From positions 170,872,001 through 170,936,000 of the forward strand of contig OZ024741.1 of the NCBI GenBank assembly GCA_964016885.1: a stretch of 64,000 bases of DNA. Direction: 5' to 3'. This document shows, one piece after another, positions 62,429-64,000 of this stretch. The first letter of the stretch is position 1; the number at the start of each line of letters is the position of its first letter. The translations under genes were made by a program, and so were the position numbers. The notes under the pieces were generated by a model that was not told the origin of the DNA, did not search any database, and saw nothing but the letters and a program-made list of their open reading frames with translations. The DNA is from Eledone cirrhosa. Taxonomy: Eukaryota.

Positions 62429-64000
62429 CGATTATAAAATGTTGGTATTATATGCTTTCATCACACTACCTCTGTTGACAGTGTTCCTTTGTATTATATT
62501 TCAACAATTATCCATGAACTTTGACCAAATTCTATATCAATGGAATATCTTGCTCGGCATTGAAAACGGTTTTAGTATAAAACTATAAATCATTCACAAA
62601 GATATTACAGGTTAGATTGGTTTCTCATACTGTTGTAGACTAGCATATAACCACTATTTTCGTAAATGAAATGACAATGACTTTAGTGCCGACATAAACT
62701 GAAGCGCTCTCATTGCAGTTTTTTCCTTGAAATATTTATAACATCGCAGTTGCAAGTATCAGCTACAAGTGTGGAGCTTGTTGACCAGTTTTTTCCTGGT
62801 GGCTGCATATATGACAGCAGGAACCTTTCCCAAATGCAACGGGTACAGTAACTATGGAAGGAGAATAGAATCAATTGCTGTTTTGTTTTTGTAATTAAAC
62901 CATGCTGTCACAAGTTTTCTTAGGTCTTTTCTTACCTTTGACAGCACAAATATACTTATTACTAGTTGGTAGGCAGATACGCGCATTAACTTCTTTCCTC
63001 GTACCTGACAGGATATTGGTGGACTCGCAAGTATCTCAGGAGAATTGGTTGAGGCAGTTTTTGTTAGGTTTGTACATAACGTTTAGGCAAGCAATGGGCT
63101 TAGAGTTTTTTTTTACCAAATCAGCTTACATTCTTCACTACATGGTGAGTATGTGATATTTCAATCTGTTCCTCAATGGTTCTTTTAAATATACATGTCA
63201 GTAACTCTCTGTAAAACGTCAACCTCTTGTATTAGCATCTAATTATTAGGTCATTTTTTGACGATGTTTCATTATATAGCTTCCCCATAACTTTGGTGAA
63301 AATATAAAAATCAATTGTATAAATTTTACTGTTTCTGGGTTGCATTTAGCCATGATGAATTCTGATTAGAATCTTCCTTCGTTCCAGGTCTTAGAGCAAA
63401 TTGCCTTAAACTTTCTTACGAAGATAATATTTTCTTCGATATAAAGTACCAGGATGAAATGGAAGTATGATTAATGCCGACCTGTACAGTCAAGGCTAAA
63501 TATTTAAAACCAGCCTACATTTTTAATAAAAGTGACGGTAACATATCATAAAAGAAAAATCAAATATAATATGCCAAATGCATTAAAGCTGTTTTCTCAG
63601 ATATCAATTTCACTATGAACTACTAGTTTGCACGCCGAACGTTTCCATTGACGAGCGACTAAATACGACGAAGCATACTAGAGATAGGAGCGTACGATAT
63701 TCCTGCGAAAGATCTTCAGTTCATAGTCATTAATATTGTCTACTAAGGTGTTTACGCTGAATGGTGCTCTACATTACATAGACACAACGTTTCAATGGTA
63801 TTGAAGTCAGTGCTATCTCTCTTGTGTTGTGACTGTAACCTTTTAAAGGTATTCTTGCATACTCTTTGCTCTGTAGAAAGGAGGACCAGGGTGCATGAAT
63901 ATCACATCATTCTGTGTGGATGTGTATTTTCAGTTTGTGCTTCAACATTTTCAGTGCCTGGATGGTTGTTTCATTTTCTGTATGGTGTCTTTTTCATCAA

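Noticed and set aside
62450-64000. Possible decayed coding sequence or host exon
   Set aside because: No recognisable motif or sustained reading frame; needs tblastx or RNA-seq evidence.

Overview
AT-rich, microsatellite-dense eukaryotic DNA with no recognisable host gene exons. The SINE and repeat content suggests an octopod cephalopod genome (inference). Nearly all short ORFs in the track are (TA)n/(CA)n artefacts. The window is a nest of mobile elements: six Penelope-like retroelements (PLEs; four Naiad-like, two Neptune-like, one nearly intact), two decayed R4/Dong-like LINEs, a decayed autonomous Helitron with a doubled 5' end, two short Helitron-like elements, about 10 copies of a tRNA-derived SINE, a bipartite RTE-like family and a foldback element. 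The most striking signal is a population of short, ORF-less cassettes sitting between (TA)n tracts. Many carry minimal type I hammerhead ribozyme (HHR) motifs from more than 10 unrelated sequence families, often as head-to-head palindromes or partial tandems. Alongside them are inverted duplications centred on the (TA)n tracts themselves. All motifs were read by eye and need computational and biochemical confirmation.
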